Assembly: GCA_002793015.1 (NCBI GenBank)
Contig: PFPK01000046.1
Location: forward strand, 1 to 39,261
DNA: 39,261 bases
Origin: Candidatus Magasanikbacteria bacterium CG_4_10_14_0_2_um_filter_37_12
GTDB lineage: Bacteria > Patescibacteriota > Patescibacteriia > Magasanikbacterales > UBA922
Direction: 5' to 3'
The notes below the pieces were generated by a model, which had not been told where the DNA came from, did not search any database, and saw only the letters and a list, made by a program, of their open reading frames with translations. The translations under genes and the position numbers were made by a program. Numbering within the stretch: the first letter of the stretch is position 1; each line of letters opens with the position of its first letter. Of this stretch, positions 26,940 to 37,041 are shown one piece after another.

Positions 26940-27617
26940 TTAGTAAATCACTGTACCATGAAAATTCTTACCGCCCAAAACATTCTTTACTTCTTTCAAA
27001 TTTGTACCATCTAGGATACTAACTCGGAGCCCAAGTTTCTCTGCTTCTCTACTTGCAATTGGGTCAAATGGTGCACTCTTGCCTGGGTTCCACGTATTTC
27101 CTACGATATTTTCTCGAAAATCTGACCAGCAAATTTGCTCTATTTTTTTGGCATTCTTGTATTTATTTGGATCTTTGTCGTAGACATATTCAATATTGGA
27201 AAGATTGATGATATCTTTCACGCCATATGTCTTGGCTAGAAGCACTGCGTCTGTATCTGTAGAGTGACCAGGTTGCCAACCAGCTGTAATAATAACAGGT
27301 TTGTTTGTCTTAATTTTTTTGCTAGGGTCCCTCACAACTTCTTTGTAAGCATGTTCACCAAATAAAATTCTCACAAAATTAGCATTGAGTATAGTAGAGT
27401 GAATTCCAACCCAATCCAAATCTCTATCAGACAACTTGGTTACTTTCTTGGCAACGTCTTGATAAGCTCGGCAAGTCGCTCCACCACCAATAGTAAGGAT
27501 AAATTTATTACCATTTTTTACTTCGTTCAAAATAAGCTTGCGAAATTTCTTCAAAAACTTTATATCAAAACCAGTTTTGGGAATGACTATTGATCCTCCT
27601 ACTGAAATTATTTTCAT
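26940..27617 (-). CDS. pyrH: UMP kinase, archaeal-type
   Basis: IISVGGS, IGGG, GWQPGHSTD, VYDKDP, APFDPIA, GTVI. Confidence 0.9.
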   Translation of the reverse strand: MKIISVGGSIVIPKTGFDIKFLKKFRKLILNEVKNGNKFILTIGGGATCRAYQDVAKKVTKLSDRDLDWVGIHSTILNANFVRILFGEHAYKEVVRDPSKKIKTNKPVIITAGWQPGHSTDTDAVLLAKTYGVKDIINLSNIEYVYDKDPNKYKNAKKIEQICWSDFRENIVGNTWNPGKSAPFDPIASREAEKLGLRVSILDGTNLKEVKNVLGGKNFHGTVIY

Positions 27618-27630
27618 ATTAAAATTTAAT

Positions 27631-27969
27631 CTAACTTTTTAAACTTTTACTGACTACCCAACTGACCAAAGTCAGTATTAATGCACCAAAAAATGCTGAA
27701 ACAAAACCATCTACCTCAAAACCCTTTACAATAGTGGAGCCAAACCAGAACATAAGTCCATTGACCACAAATGTAAACAATCCTAAACTAAGTAAATTGA
27801 TAGGCAGTGTAAGCACCAAAAGTATTGGTCGGATGATAGCATTGATCAGACCCAAAATCAAGGCCGCAATGAGAGCTGCATAAAATCCGGTAACTGTCAC
27901 TCCAGGCAAATAATAAGCAATAGCCAAAATAGTTAGACCATTCAATAACCAACGAAGTAATAATTTCAT
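27631..27969 (-). CDS. YvlD / 4-TM phage-holin-family membrane protein
   Basis: LINAIIRPILLVLTLPINLLSLGLFTFVVN. Confidence 0.9.
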   Translation of the reverse strand: MKLLLRWLLNGLTILAIAYYLPGVTVTGFYAALIAALILGLINAIIRPILLVLTLPINLLSLGLFTFVVNGLMFWFGSTIVKGFEVDGFVSAFFGALILTLVSWVVSKSLKS

Positions 27970-28014
27970 ACTATTTTCAATTAAAATACTGATTACTTTA
28001 AATTATACTAGATG

Positions 28015-29427
28015 CTAGCGATTTTCACGTCGATAAGCATAAAGGCTGGTAAAAATTATAAAAATAATAAATGAACCTAAGGCAGAAAATTGTATAATGC
28101 GCTTGAGATTAACGCTATCTGCTTGTAGAGGATTCTGATCTTCACCGTCTACTTGCCCATCCTCATCTGTATCCGCCAATATTGGATTGGAGCCTTTGTC
28201 TATTTCTGTGCCATCGCTTAATCCATCACTGTCAGTATCTAACTTAAGTGGATCTGTACCAAATTGGACTTCTTCGATATCTTTAATATTATCTCCATCA
28301 TCATCGTCGTCCGCTTCATTACCGATACCGTCCAAATCTGTATCTATAGATTCTTTAGGATCGGTAGGAAAGATGTCCAAAAAATCGGATACTCCGTCAC
28401 CATCAGTATCTTGCTTTAAAGGATCTGAACCTTTTGTGATCTCTTCGCCATCTTTGAGACCATCGCCATCAGTGTCTGATTTTAGTGGGTCTGTGCCAAA
28501 TTCTTTCTCTTTGTTGTCCACCAGACCATCGCCATCAGTGTCTGATTTTGTTGGATCTGTGCCAGCATTCAATTCCTCCTGGTCAAAAATTCCGTCCCCG
28601 TCTGAATCATTTATTGTTGGATCTGTGCCCTTTTCTTTTTCTATTTTGTCGGTTAGACCATCGTCGTCAGTGTCTACTTTTAGCGGATCGCTACCAAAAT
28701 CCAATTCTTCTTGATCAGTAAGACCATCATTATCATCATCATTATCAGCGTTGTCCCCTACCCCATCGTTATCAAAGTCAGTCCACTCTTTACTATCTTT
28801 TGGAAAAAAATCTACGGTGTCATTATGTCCATCGCCATCTGTGTCAGATTTTAGTGGATTCAATCCTGCGTCAATTTCACTTTTGTCCAAGAGACCATCA
28901 CCATCTGTATCAACTTTTAGTGGATCCGTTCCTAATTCACTCTCTTTAGCATCACTTATTCCGTCATTATCGTCATCAGTGTCTTCCTTGTTACCAACAT
29001 CATCACCATCTGTATCAATATCAATATCAAAATCACGAGTAGCTTGATAATTAGCTAGTTGCTCTTGATTTATATCAAGCTTATTACCGCTATTATCCGT
29101 TACCTTGATATCAATCATTCTGGCTTCGATATTTTGTACTCCTTCTGGCAAAGTGTAATCAATAGATACTTGCTTGGCTTCTTCAAAAGGTAAATCAACA
29201 ATCTCTGCCGTGCCGATGTGGATACTGTTACTGAAGAATGTAACTTTGGCGGAAAAAAGAGGAAAATCATTATTGACCACCACTGTATAAATTTTCACTG
29301 TATCTCCAGCAAAGGCATCACTATTGGAAATATACAATCCTTTGTCAATCAAAAAATTGAAGCTCTCTGCTGACACAAATGTAGGTATAAATAAAACAAC
29401 AGCTATTATTAAAAATAATTTTGTCAT
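28015..29427 (-). CDS. Surface protein with Ig/CARDB-like domain and TSP3-like Ca-binding repeats
   Basis: Signal peptide, about 13 D[TS]DGDGxxDxxExxxG[TS]DP-type repeats, C-terminal TM and basic tail. Confidence 0.85.
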   Translation of the reverse strand: MTKLFLIIAVVLFIPTFVSAESFNFLIDKGLYISNSDAFAGDTVKIYTVVVNNDFPLFSAKVTFFSNSIHIGTAEIVDLPFEEAKQVSIDYTLPEGVQNIEARMIDIKVTDNSGNKLDINQEQLANYQATRDFDIDIDTDGDDVGNKEDTDDDNDGISDAKESELGTDPLKVDTDGDGLLDKSEIDAGLNPLKSDTDGDGHNDTVDFFPKDSKEWTDFDNDGVGDNADNDDDNDGLTDQEELDFGSDPLKVDTDDDGLTDKIEKEKGTDPTINDSDGDGIFDQEELNAGTDPTKSDTDGDGLVDNKEKEFGTDPLKSDTDGDGLKDGEEITKGSDPLKQDTDGDGVSDFLDIFPTDPKESIDTDLDGIGNEADDDDDGDNIKDIEEVQFGTDPLKLDTDSDGLSDGTEIDKGSNPILADTDEDGQVDGEDQNPLQADSVNLKRIIQFSALGSFIIFIIFTSLYAYRRENR

Positions 29428-29440
29428 AAAACATGATTTA

Positions 29441-30367
29441 TCATTGCCCTACAATTAGTTCACCATTGTTGATATTGATTATTATATCACCTTCTAAGTC
29501 AGTTCTCAATATTTTGCTCTCTGATCTTTCCAATCTTTTCAGCACACGGGGTGAAGGATGTCCAAATTTATTATTTTTTCCAGCTGAAATCACAGAATAC
29601 AAAGGACTTGTCGAGCTAACAAAAGTGCTGTTAGAAGAAGAATTGCTACCGTGATGTCCAACTTTGAGAACTTCCACGTCAAGCTGTTCGCCATAAGTTT
29701 TAATCAAATAATCTTCTAAATCTATTTCCGCATCTCCCATAAGTAGTACATCTTGGTCTTGATATGATAATTTTAAGACAACAGACGTGTCGTTGGCCCC
29801 AGTGTCTTTGTCCATGCTTGGAATTCTAGAATCCAGATCGATCGGATGGTCAGGATATAAAAAATGTAATTTGGCGCCTGCAATATCCCAACTGTCTTCT
29901 TTGTCAACAATAAAATACGTAGCTCCTTGAGCTACCTCGGAATCAATAGCACCCATAAATGAAAGCCAAAAATTGTCGTACTCCTTATTAAGATCATTAT
30001 AAATAATCTCTCCTACATCAAATCTGTTCAAAACATCAATACAGCCACCATAGTGATCTAAATCTGGATGAGTGACAAGTAGATAATCAATTTTGTGATC
30101 ATAAAAATCCATTACTCGACCAAGGGCCTCAATGATCCGCCCATCGATAGAACAATCAACAAGCATTTGCTGACTATCCGGAAATTCAATCAAAGTGGCG
30201 TCACCTTGTCCAATATCTAAAAATGAAATCTTTACTTGATCAACAGGAACTTGTTCAGCAGATTTTTCATTTGGTGGCAAGTCCACTTGGTCGTCTTTTT
30301 TTATAAACCACAACAACCCAAGTACTATGACAAGTAAAATTGTGATGAAGATAAATGATTTTTTCAT
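29441..30367 (-). CDS. ComEC C-terminal-like MBL-fold metallo-hydrolase
   Basis: FLDIGQGDA, THPDLDHYGG, LMGDA, KVGHHGS, FGHP, RTD; N-terminal anchor. Confidence 0.92.
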   Translation of the reverse strand: MKKSFIFITILLVIVLGLLWFIKKDDQVDLPPNEKSAEQVPVDQVKISFLDIGQGDATLIEFPDSQQMLVDCSIDGRIIEALGRVMDFYDHKIDYLLVTHPDLDHYGGCIDVLNRFDVGEIIYNDLNKEYDNFWLSFMGAIDSEVAQGATYFIVDKEDSWDIAGAKLHFLYPDHPIDLDSRIPSMDKDTGANDTSVVLKLSYQDQDVLLMGDAEIDLEDYLIKTYGEQLDVEVLKVGHHGSNSSSNSTFVSSTSPLYSVISAGKNNKFGHPSPRVLKRLERSESKILRTDLEGDIIININNGELIVGQ

Positions 30368-30444
30368 AAATAATTAAGATAAAAGTAATAAGTTAATAAG
30401 CAATAAGTAATAGTTGTAAAAAAATTTTCCTAAAAATTAACTTG

Positions 30445-31971
30445 TTACTTACTAATTACTACTTTTGTATGCTTTTTATTAATCCACAAAAAAATTGCCA
30501 CATAGCCAACAATCATGCCCCAAAGAGGAAAACGCACATCCACGGCAGAAAATTGCAAGCTAGCAAACCACCTGACCACAAAGATAATAAAACACATACC
30601 TATCCAAGCCACCCAGGAAATTACCAAAGCTAGAGGTTGAAAAACAAAACTAAACAAAACTGCAAAAAATCCAAGCATCATAATCCACGGAATAATCCAG
30701 AGAATCAAAATATTGACAATCGGAGCAACAATGGAAAGGCGTCCAAATTGAAATAAGATCAATGGGAGTGTTGCAATAATTGCAGAAAGTGTGGAAAGCA
30801 AAGATTCTTTGATCCCAAAAATTTCTGGCACTTTTTCAAAAGGCTTTCTAATTTTGACAGTCAAATAAACTAATCCTAATGTAGAAATAAATGAAAGCTG
30901 AAATCCTGCGTCCCACATCAGGATATAAGGATTTTGTACAGCCATGACGACCGCAGTGATCAGCATGACGCTGCCGACCTGTGAAACTCGCCCAGTCTGT
31001 CTCGATAAAAGGACAATAATTCCCATAATTCCAGCCCGCACAACAGAAGCACTAAGGCCAGCAAAAATGACAAATATTATGATTCCAAAACTAATCACCC
31101 AAAAGGCTTTTTTGCGAGGAACATAAAAAGCTAAACAAATACTAATCAAAATGGTCGCAATGATCGTAATGTTGTATCCAGAAATAGCTACAATATGTGT
31201 CACGCCCGTCCGACTAAAAAGTTCATTGAGTTCTCCTAGCCCTCCTCGATAACCATACAAGAGACCAGCCATAAAACTGGCTTGTGGTTCATGCCAAAGC
31301 TTATTGATCTTCTCAGCCACGACCGACTTGAGAGTGTATATTCCTCCCAAAATTTTGCTACCATCGCCTGATCCTATTTTGGTAATATTTGGATTTTGAC
31401 ACAAAGTGAATACTCCATAGCGAGCCAAATATTTGTCATAACGAAAATCTTCAATTGGTTCTGGCAATTCTAGACTACATTTTATTTCTAATTTGTCGCC
31501 ATATTCATATCGTGGGTACAAAAATGATTTTAGATAAATATCTCCAGATATCTGGTGTTCTACTCCTGTTTTATCAACAAATTTTTGGCTGTGAACTATA
31601 TACCTAACGCCATCCATTCTGACGTCTGGCTCTGCTGATACATAGCCGATGATAGTTTTTTTATCACCTGCATAATAAATAACGTTGTTGTCGTTGTTTA
31701 TTGGAATAGAAATAAAAAATCTACCAACTCCAAGAATAAAAAATACCAAAGAAAACACGATGTAACGCACTAAATTATTTTTCCAAAAAATAATTAAAGT
31801 AGATAGTGAAATAAATAAAGATACATACAAATAAACAAAGTCTATTTGTAGATCTGTTACAGAAGCACAAGCAATACCAATGAGAAAACAAAAGCAAAAC
31901 AGGACAAATGTTTTGCTTTTTGAATTGGTTATTTTGTTTATTCCCTCCATAGAAATAACACTATGAGTCAT
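30445..31971 (-). CDS. comEC: ComEC/Rec2 DNA-uptake channel (OB plus Competence domains)
   Basis: TGVTHIVAISGYN, SASVVRAGIM, DAGFQLSF. Start may be ATG 31950. Confidence 0.92.
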   Translation of the reverse strand: MTHSVISMEGINKITNSKSKTFVLFCFCFLIGIACASVTDLQIDFVYLYVSLFISLSTLIIFWKNNLVRYIVFSLVFFILGVGRFFISIPINNDNNVIYYAGDKKTIIGYVSAEPDVRMDGVRYIVHSQKFVDKTGVEHQISGDIYLKSFLYPRYEYGDKLEIKCSLELPEPIEDFRYDKYLARYGVFTLCQNPNITKIGSGDGSKILGGIYTLKSVVAEKINKLWHEPQASFMAGLLYGYRGGLGELNELFSRTGVTHIVAISGYNITIIATILISICLAFYVPRKKAFWVISFGIIIFVIFAGLSASVVRAGIMGIIVLLSRQTGRVSQVGSVMLITAVVMAVQNPYILMWDAGFQLSFISTLGLVYLTVKIRKPFEKVPEIFGIKESLLSTLSAIIATLPLILFQFGRLSIVAPIVNILILWIIPWIMMLGFFAVLFSFVFQPLALVISWVAWIGMCFIIFVVRWFASLQFSAVDVRFPLWGMIVGYVAIFLWINKKHTKVVISK

Positions 31972-32071
31972 GCAACCCGCCCTCTATCCGCCCTTCAATC
32001 TTGATGGAGGGAGAACGTTCTAATTAGTAAGTCTCCTCCCCTTTTTAAGGGGAGGGTTAGGGTTGGGTTGC
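31972..32071. repeat. REP/MITE-like GC-rich palindromic intergenic element
   Basis: Terminal GCAACCC/GGGTTGC enclosing the hairpins CCCTTCA/TGGAGGG and CCTCCCCTT-TTT-AAGGGGAGG. Confidence 0.6.
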
Positions 32072-32096
32072 GTGGCTTGTCCACTAACTTTTAAAG

Positions 32097-35000
32097 TCAA
32101 ACCACAATATTCAAGATTCTGCCTTTCACGTAGATTACTTTCTTTGGCTCCTGTCCGCCTAGCCACTTTACGACATTTGGTTGGGCCAGTGCCATGGACT
32201 CCACTTCGTCATCAGTGGCATCAATAGAGATTACAATAGAAGCACGAACTTTTCCATTGACTTGTACAGCCATTGAAAGTTTGTCTCCTGTAAGCTTATC
32301 TTCATCATAAGCAGACCATGCTTCTAAGGAAATGGAATCCTTGTGTCCTAGAATACTCCAAAGCTCTTCAGAGATGTGCGGAGCAAATGGAGCAAGCAGT
32401 GTAACTAGTGACTGATAGCTAGTGAGTAAAACTTTTTCTTGTTTATAAAATTCATTAACTAGCTCCATTAATTTGGCAATAGCAGTATTGAATCCAAGCT
32501 TGGACAAATCATCACCAACTTTTTGAATAGTATGATGAAGCTTTCTGTCTAACTCAAGATCTAACTTAGCATTATCACTTAATCTATCCTGCAAATTCCA
32601 GACACGATCCAAAAATCTCTTAATCCCTTTTACACCATTTTCATCCCATGGTTTGTCTTCTTCCATTGGTCCCATGAACATCTCATACATGCGCATAGTG
32701 TCTGCCCCAAATTCATTGACAACATCTGTTGGATTGATGACGTTCTCCCAACGCTTGCTCATCTTGCGACCATCTGGACCAAGAATGAGACCTTGGTGGC
32801 GATGGACGGTAAATGGCTCATCAAAATCAATGTAGCCAGCGTCATATAATACTTTGGTGAAAAATCTTGCATATAGCAAGTGTCCATTGACATGTTCTGG
32901 TCCACCGAGATAGAAATCTACTGGCATCCATTTTTTCAATGCTTCTGGTGATGCGAATTCTTTTTCATTGTGCGGATCAAGATAGCGAAAAAAATACCAT
33001 GAGGAGCACATGAAGGTGTCTAATGTGTCTACTTCACGTTTCCAACCTTTACCATATTTTTCTTCCACCCCATCTTGAAAACTTGGCGAATACGTGAGCG
33101 GTGATTGACCTGTTGGTTTGAAATCTACGTCATCTGGTAAGATAACAGGGAGATCTGATTCCGGAAGTGGACGCAAATCAGGTCGGACTTCTCGCATAAT
33201 TTCATCCAAAAAAGATGAAAAAATATTATACCCATGTTCAATATCAAAATGTCCAGCATCTCGTTCAATTATTATCCGCGCTTCTGGTATGTATTTTTCA
33301 AAATACTTTTTTGTCGCATCGCATGGAATATAAGGATCGTTTGTAGAAAGATATATTACAATTTCACCTACATTTTTTCTTATTTTTTTAAAATCTAAAC
33401 AATCTTCTTTATCTCCAAAAAATGCTAGGGCAATTTCTTTTTCTGCATCTCCCCAGCCTTCTCTTCCAAATCCTATATACCAATCTTTTGTAGGTGTAGA
33501 AGGTGCTACTAAAACAAGTTTTCTGAACTCCATTGTCTGTGCAAGTGCTAATGCTATCCAACAGCTTAATGAGCGCGCCGTAACAACGGTGTTTGTTGTA
33601 TCTTTCGATAATTCTTTTTGTGTTGCTTCAAGCCAATCATTAAATTTTGGATGCTCTGGGTGTGGTAAAAGAGGAGTTATCGATACAATGTGTTTTTCTG
33701 CAAGTTCTTTACTAATCCATGGATGAAAATGAGACTGTGGATCACTCCCCCACGCATGTAAATTCAAAACAAAATCTGGTAATTCATCAAACTTTTGACT
33801 TTCGGACTTTATGGACTTTTGACTAGTGAGCATCGGAATTGGTGCTCCCCAAAATCTCTGACGAGATACAGACCAGTCGCGGAGTTTGTACTGTACTTTT
33901 CGCTTCCCATGACCATTTTTTTCAAGCCAGTCGATTATTGCTGTTTTTGCTTCTTCTGTTGTGAGGCCGTTGAGGAAGTCGGAGTTGATGGTAATACCGG
34001 GTTCTGATACACATTCGTCATATCCGTCAAAATAGTATTTAACAAGAAGCCCTTCACCAGTATCATGCGGATAGACGTTGGATGTTTTGTTTCGCTCAAA
34101 TGCAGAAACAGCTTCTTCACGTGTCATCCATATATATTCGTAGATATCTTTGTCCTCGCCATATAACGCTACTTTTTCCTCATTTTTAAGTTGCACTGAA
34201 AATATTTTCCGTATGTAATGTTTTAGTTCTTTGGATTTTGTAGTCAAAAAATGCACCCCAACCTGTCCTTTGCATTCACCGGGCATATTATTTATATATC
34301 CTGTTTCCTCGGCAAATTCTCTTTTAAGTGTTTCATAATCTGTTTCATTTTCCTCTTGTGTACCACCAGGTAAACGATACAGATCATTCTTCTTTTCATA
34401 CATAACCAGCACCTTACCATCTCTTTCCAACAATCCGTAAACTCCAACACTCTTTTCTTCTCCTTCTAGCGGATCTCCAATATCTTTTGCCACTACCTCC
34501 CGAATCGGCAACCCAAACTTCTTCGCAAACTCAAAATCCCGTTCATCATGTGCAGGCACTGCCATAATAGCACCAGTGCCGTAGGTCGCAATAACATAGT
34601 CTGCAATCCAAATAGGAATCTCTTCATCATTGGCAGGATTCACCGCTTTGACACCTTTCAATTCAACTCCAGTTTTATCTTTTTCAATCTGCCGATCCAG
34701 ATCTGTTTTCTTTGATGTTTCTTCAATATATTTTTCCACTTCATCCCAGTTTGTAATATTATCTTTCAAATCCTGTACATACTGCCCCTCTGGTGCAAGC
34801 ACCATATATGTCGCACCAAAAAGTGTGTCCGGACGAGTCGTAAACACTTCAATCACATTTCGTAATTTCGTACTTTTCGTATTTCGTATATCAGCACTTT
34901 CACCAACTTCATAAACATTAAACTGTATCAATGCCCCTTCAGACCGCCCTATCCAATCCTTCTGTCTCTTGATGGTCTCGGCTGGCCAATCAATCCTGTC

Positions 35001-35621
35001 TAGGCCTTCAAGAAGTTTATCGGCATAATCAGTAATTTTTAAATACCATTGTTCCATTTCTTTTTGGATGACAACAGTATCACAACGTTCACAATGTCCG
35101 TCTACTACTTGGGCATTGGCTAGCACTGTCTTACAGCTCTCGCACCAATTGACTGCTTGCTTCTTGCGATAAGCCAAACCACGCTCGTACATGAGAAGAA
35201 AAAACCATTGCGTAAATTTGTAATATCCAGGATCGCTTGACCGTACAAACCGATCCCAGTCTACAGATACTCCCAGAGCTTTCACTTGTGAGACAAAATT
35301 TTCGGTAGTCTTATCAATAGTTTCTTGTGGATGGACATTAGTCTTGATCGCATAATTTTCTGCAGGAAGTCCAAAAGAATCAAGTCCAAAGACTTGCAGG
35401 ACTTTCTTGCCTTTCATTCTTTGATAACGAGCATAGATATCGCAAGCAGTGTACACTTCGGCATGACCAACATGCAGACCACTGCCAGATGGATACGGAA
35501 GCTGTGGCAAAATGTAGCACTTGTTTTCTGGCGTGACATCTTCGGGCGTAGCAAAAGTCTTGTGTTCTTCCCAATGTTTTTGCCACTTAGCTTCAATTAA
35601 TTTTGGATTATAATTTTCCAT
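32097..35621 (-). CDS. leuS: Leucyl-tRNA synthetase with inserted Nudix and alpha/beta-hydrolase domains
   Basis: PYPSGSGLHVGH, FTTRPDT, GTGAIMAVPAHDERD, RDWSVSRQRFWG, KMSKR, VQVNGKVR. At 1174 aa it is much longer than a usual LeuRS. Confidence 0.95.
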   Translation of the reverse strand: MENYNPKLIEAKWQKHWEEHKTFATPEDVTPENKCYILPQLPYPSGSGLHVGHAEVYTACDIYARYQRMKGKKVLQVFGLDSFGLPAENYAIKTNVHPQETIDKTTENFVSQVKALGVSVDWDRFVRSSDPGYYKFTQWFFLLMYERGLAYRKKQAVNWCESCKTVLANAQVVDGHCERCDTVVIQKEMEQWYLKITDYADKLLEGLDRIDWPAETIKRQKDWIGRSEGALIQFNVYEVGESADIRNTKSTKLRNVIEVFTTRPDTLFGATYMVLAPEGQYVQDLKDNITNWDEVEKYIEETSKKTDLDRQIEKDKTGVELKGVKAVNPANDEEIPIWIADYVIATYGTGAIMAVPAHDERDFEFAKKFGLPIREVVAKDIGDPLEGEEKSVGVYGLLERDGKVLVMYEKKNDLYRLPGGTQEENETDYETLKREFAEETGYINNMPGECKGQVGVHFLTTKSKELKHYIRKIFSVQLKNEEKVALYGEDKDIYEYIWMTREEAVSAFERNKTSNVYPHDTGEGLLVKYYFDGYDECVSEPGITINSDFLNGLTTEEAKTAIIDWLEKNGHGKRKVQYKLRDWSVSRQRFWGAPIPMLTSQKSIKSESQKFDELPDFVLNLHAWGSDPQSHFHPWISKELAEKHIVSITPLLPHPEHPKFNDWLEATQKELSKDTTNTVVTARSLSCWIALALAQTMEFRKLVLVAPSTPTKDWYIGFGREGWGDAEKEIALAFFGDKEDCLDFKKIRKNVGEIVIYLSTNDPYIPCDATKKYFEKYIPEARIIIERDAGHFDIEHGYNIFSSFLDEIMREVRPDLRPLPESDLPVILPDDVDFKPTGQSPLTYSPSFQDGVEEKYGKGWKREVDTLDTFMCSSWYFFRYLDPHNEKEFASPEALKKWMPVDFYLGGPEHVNGHLLYARFFTKVLYDAGYIDFDEPFTVHRHQGLILGPDGRKMSKRWENVINPTDVVNEFGADTMRMYEMFMGPMEEDKPWDENGVKGIKRFLDRVWNLQDRLSDNAKLDLELDRKLHHTIQKVGDDLSKLGFNTAIAKLMELVNEFYKQEKVLLTSYQSLVTLLAPFAPHISEELWSILGHKDSISLEAWSAYDEDKLTGDKLSMAVQVNGKVRASIVISIDATDDEVESMALAQPNVVKWLGGQEPKKVIYVKGRILNIVV

Positions 35622-35701
35622 ACTCTATGCATCAATATATTGGATAATAATTTTTTGTTTTTCTTCCCACTCACCAGTAGTACGTCCTGAAAATTTGAAT
35701 G

Positions 35702-36925
35702 TTAAATTTCCATTTTACTAGCCACTCTTTCGATAGCCTTGACAAAAGCAGCAGTGCGCATATCTATATTATATTTTTCTTTGGTTTCCCAAACTTCATG
35801 AAAAGCGTCAACTATTATTTTTTCTAATTTTTCAAGAATATCTACTTCACTCCAGTGTTCACCTTTGATATTTTGATCCCATTCAAAATAACTGACTGTA
35901 ACTCCACCAGCATTAGCAAGTACATCAGGTACAACTATAATACCTTTTTCTTTCAAAATTTCATCTGCTTCTGGCGTAGTTGGTCCGTTGGCTAATTCTA
36001 CGATACTTTTGGCCCTAATATTACCAACATTCTCAGCAGTAATGACATTCTCCAGAGCAGCTGGCACAAGAATATCCACAGCAAGCTCCAGAATCTCCTC
36101 ATTTGAAATTGCCTCTGTACTACCAAAACCAACTACCGAACCAGTCTTTTCTTTATACACAGTCAAGGCACTTATATCTAGTCCATCATCTGATTTGATT
36201 CCCCCTTTGGAATCACTAACCGCCACAATCTTGTACCCCATCTCAGCCAAAATCTTGGCCATAAAGCTACCAGCATTACCAAATCCCTGAATAGCCACAG
36301 TAGTCTCGCTTGGTACTAGGCCAAGTTTAGTAGCCAATTCTCTGGTGCAATAAGCTCCGCCTTGAGCAGTTGAAAATCCCCTACCTTCTGAACCGCCCTG
36401 CTCAATTGGCTTACCAGTGATTACTCCTGGATCTGAGTGACCAACCAGCTTTTCATATTCATCACGCATCCAAGCCATGATCTGAGGAGTAGTATAAACA
36501 TCTGGTGCTGGAATATCCTTATCAGACCCGATATCACGCCAAATCTTCTCTATATATCCTCGTGACAATCTTTCTATTTCTCCTTCAGACAGTTCCTTTG
36601 GATTGACAATAATACCACCCTTTCCACCACCCATCGGGATATTGACTGTCGCACACTTGACCATCATCCAAAAAGAAAGAGCCTTCACTTCTTCAAGAGA
36701 AACGTTCCAGTGATAGCGAATACCGCCTTTGTAAGGCCCAAGAGCGTTATTGTATTGGCTTCTAAAGCCTGTAAATACTTTGGTGGAGCCATTATCCATT
36801 TTGACAGGAATAGATACTGTGAGAACTCTCTCAGGGCTCTTCAAAATCTCATGTACATCGGAATTCAAATTTATAATTTTGGAAGCATTATCAAGTTGCT
36901 TCATGGCATTTTCAAACTGGTTCAT
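35702..36925 (-). CDS. gdhA: Glutamate dehydrogenase (Glu/Leu/Phe/Val family)
   Basis: GPYKGGIRY, GGGKGG, PAPDV, QGFGNAG, ELANGP, NAGGVTVSYFEW. Confidence 0.93.
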   Translation of the reverse strand: MNQFENAMKQLDNASKIINLNSDVHEILKSPERVLTVSIPVKMDNGSTKVFTGFRSQYNNALGPYKGGIRYHWNVSLEEVKALSFWMMVKCATVNIPMGGGKGGIIVNPKELSEGEIERLSRGYIEKIWRDIGSDKDIPAPDVYTTPQIMAWMRDEYEKLVGHSDPGVITGKPIEQGGSEGRGFSTAQGGAYCTRELATKLGLVPSETTVAIQGFGNAGSFMAKILAEMGYKIVAVSDSKGGIKSDDGLDISALTVYKEKTGSVVGFGSTEAISNEEILELAVDILVPAALENVITAENVGNIRAKSIVELANGPTTPEADEILKEKGIIVVPDVLANAGGVTVSYFEWDQNIKGEHWSEVDILEKLEKIIVDAFHEVWETKEKYNIDMRTAAFVKAIERVASKMEI

Positions 36926-37041
36926 ATGGTTAAGTAATACTTAAATGTTCACATCTTACGCCTGCTAGATTAAGTCGTCAAACTGAGCTATGCAAAAAAT
37001 GTGTAAAAAAAAGACGCCCAATGAAGAGCACTTTTAAAATT

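Noticed and set aside
27631..27969. Holin-family gene as prophage evidence
   Set aside because: YvlD-type proteins are common chromosomal genes; no phage genes nearby.
28100..29030. Periodic DNA repeats as a CRISPR array
   Set aside because: Degenerate, in-frame coding repeats of DxDGDG motifs; no identical repeats with unique spacers and no cas genes.
33180..34480. LeuRS inserts as inteins
   Set aside because: No N-terminal Cys/Ser with C-terminal His-Asn splice motifs; the contents match Nudix and alpha/beta-hydrolase domains.
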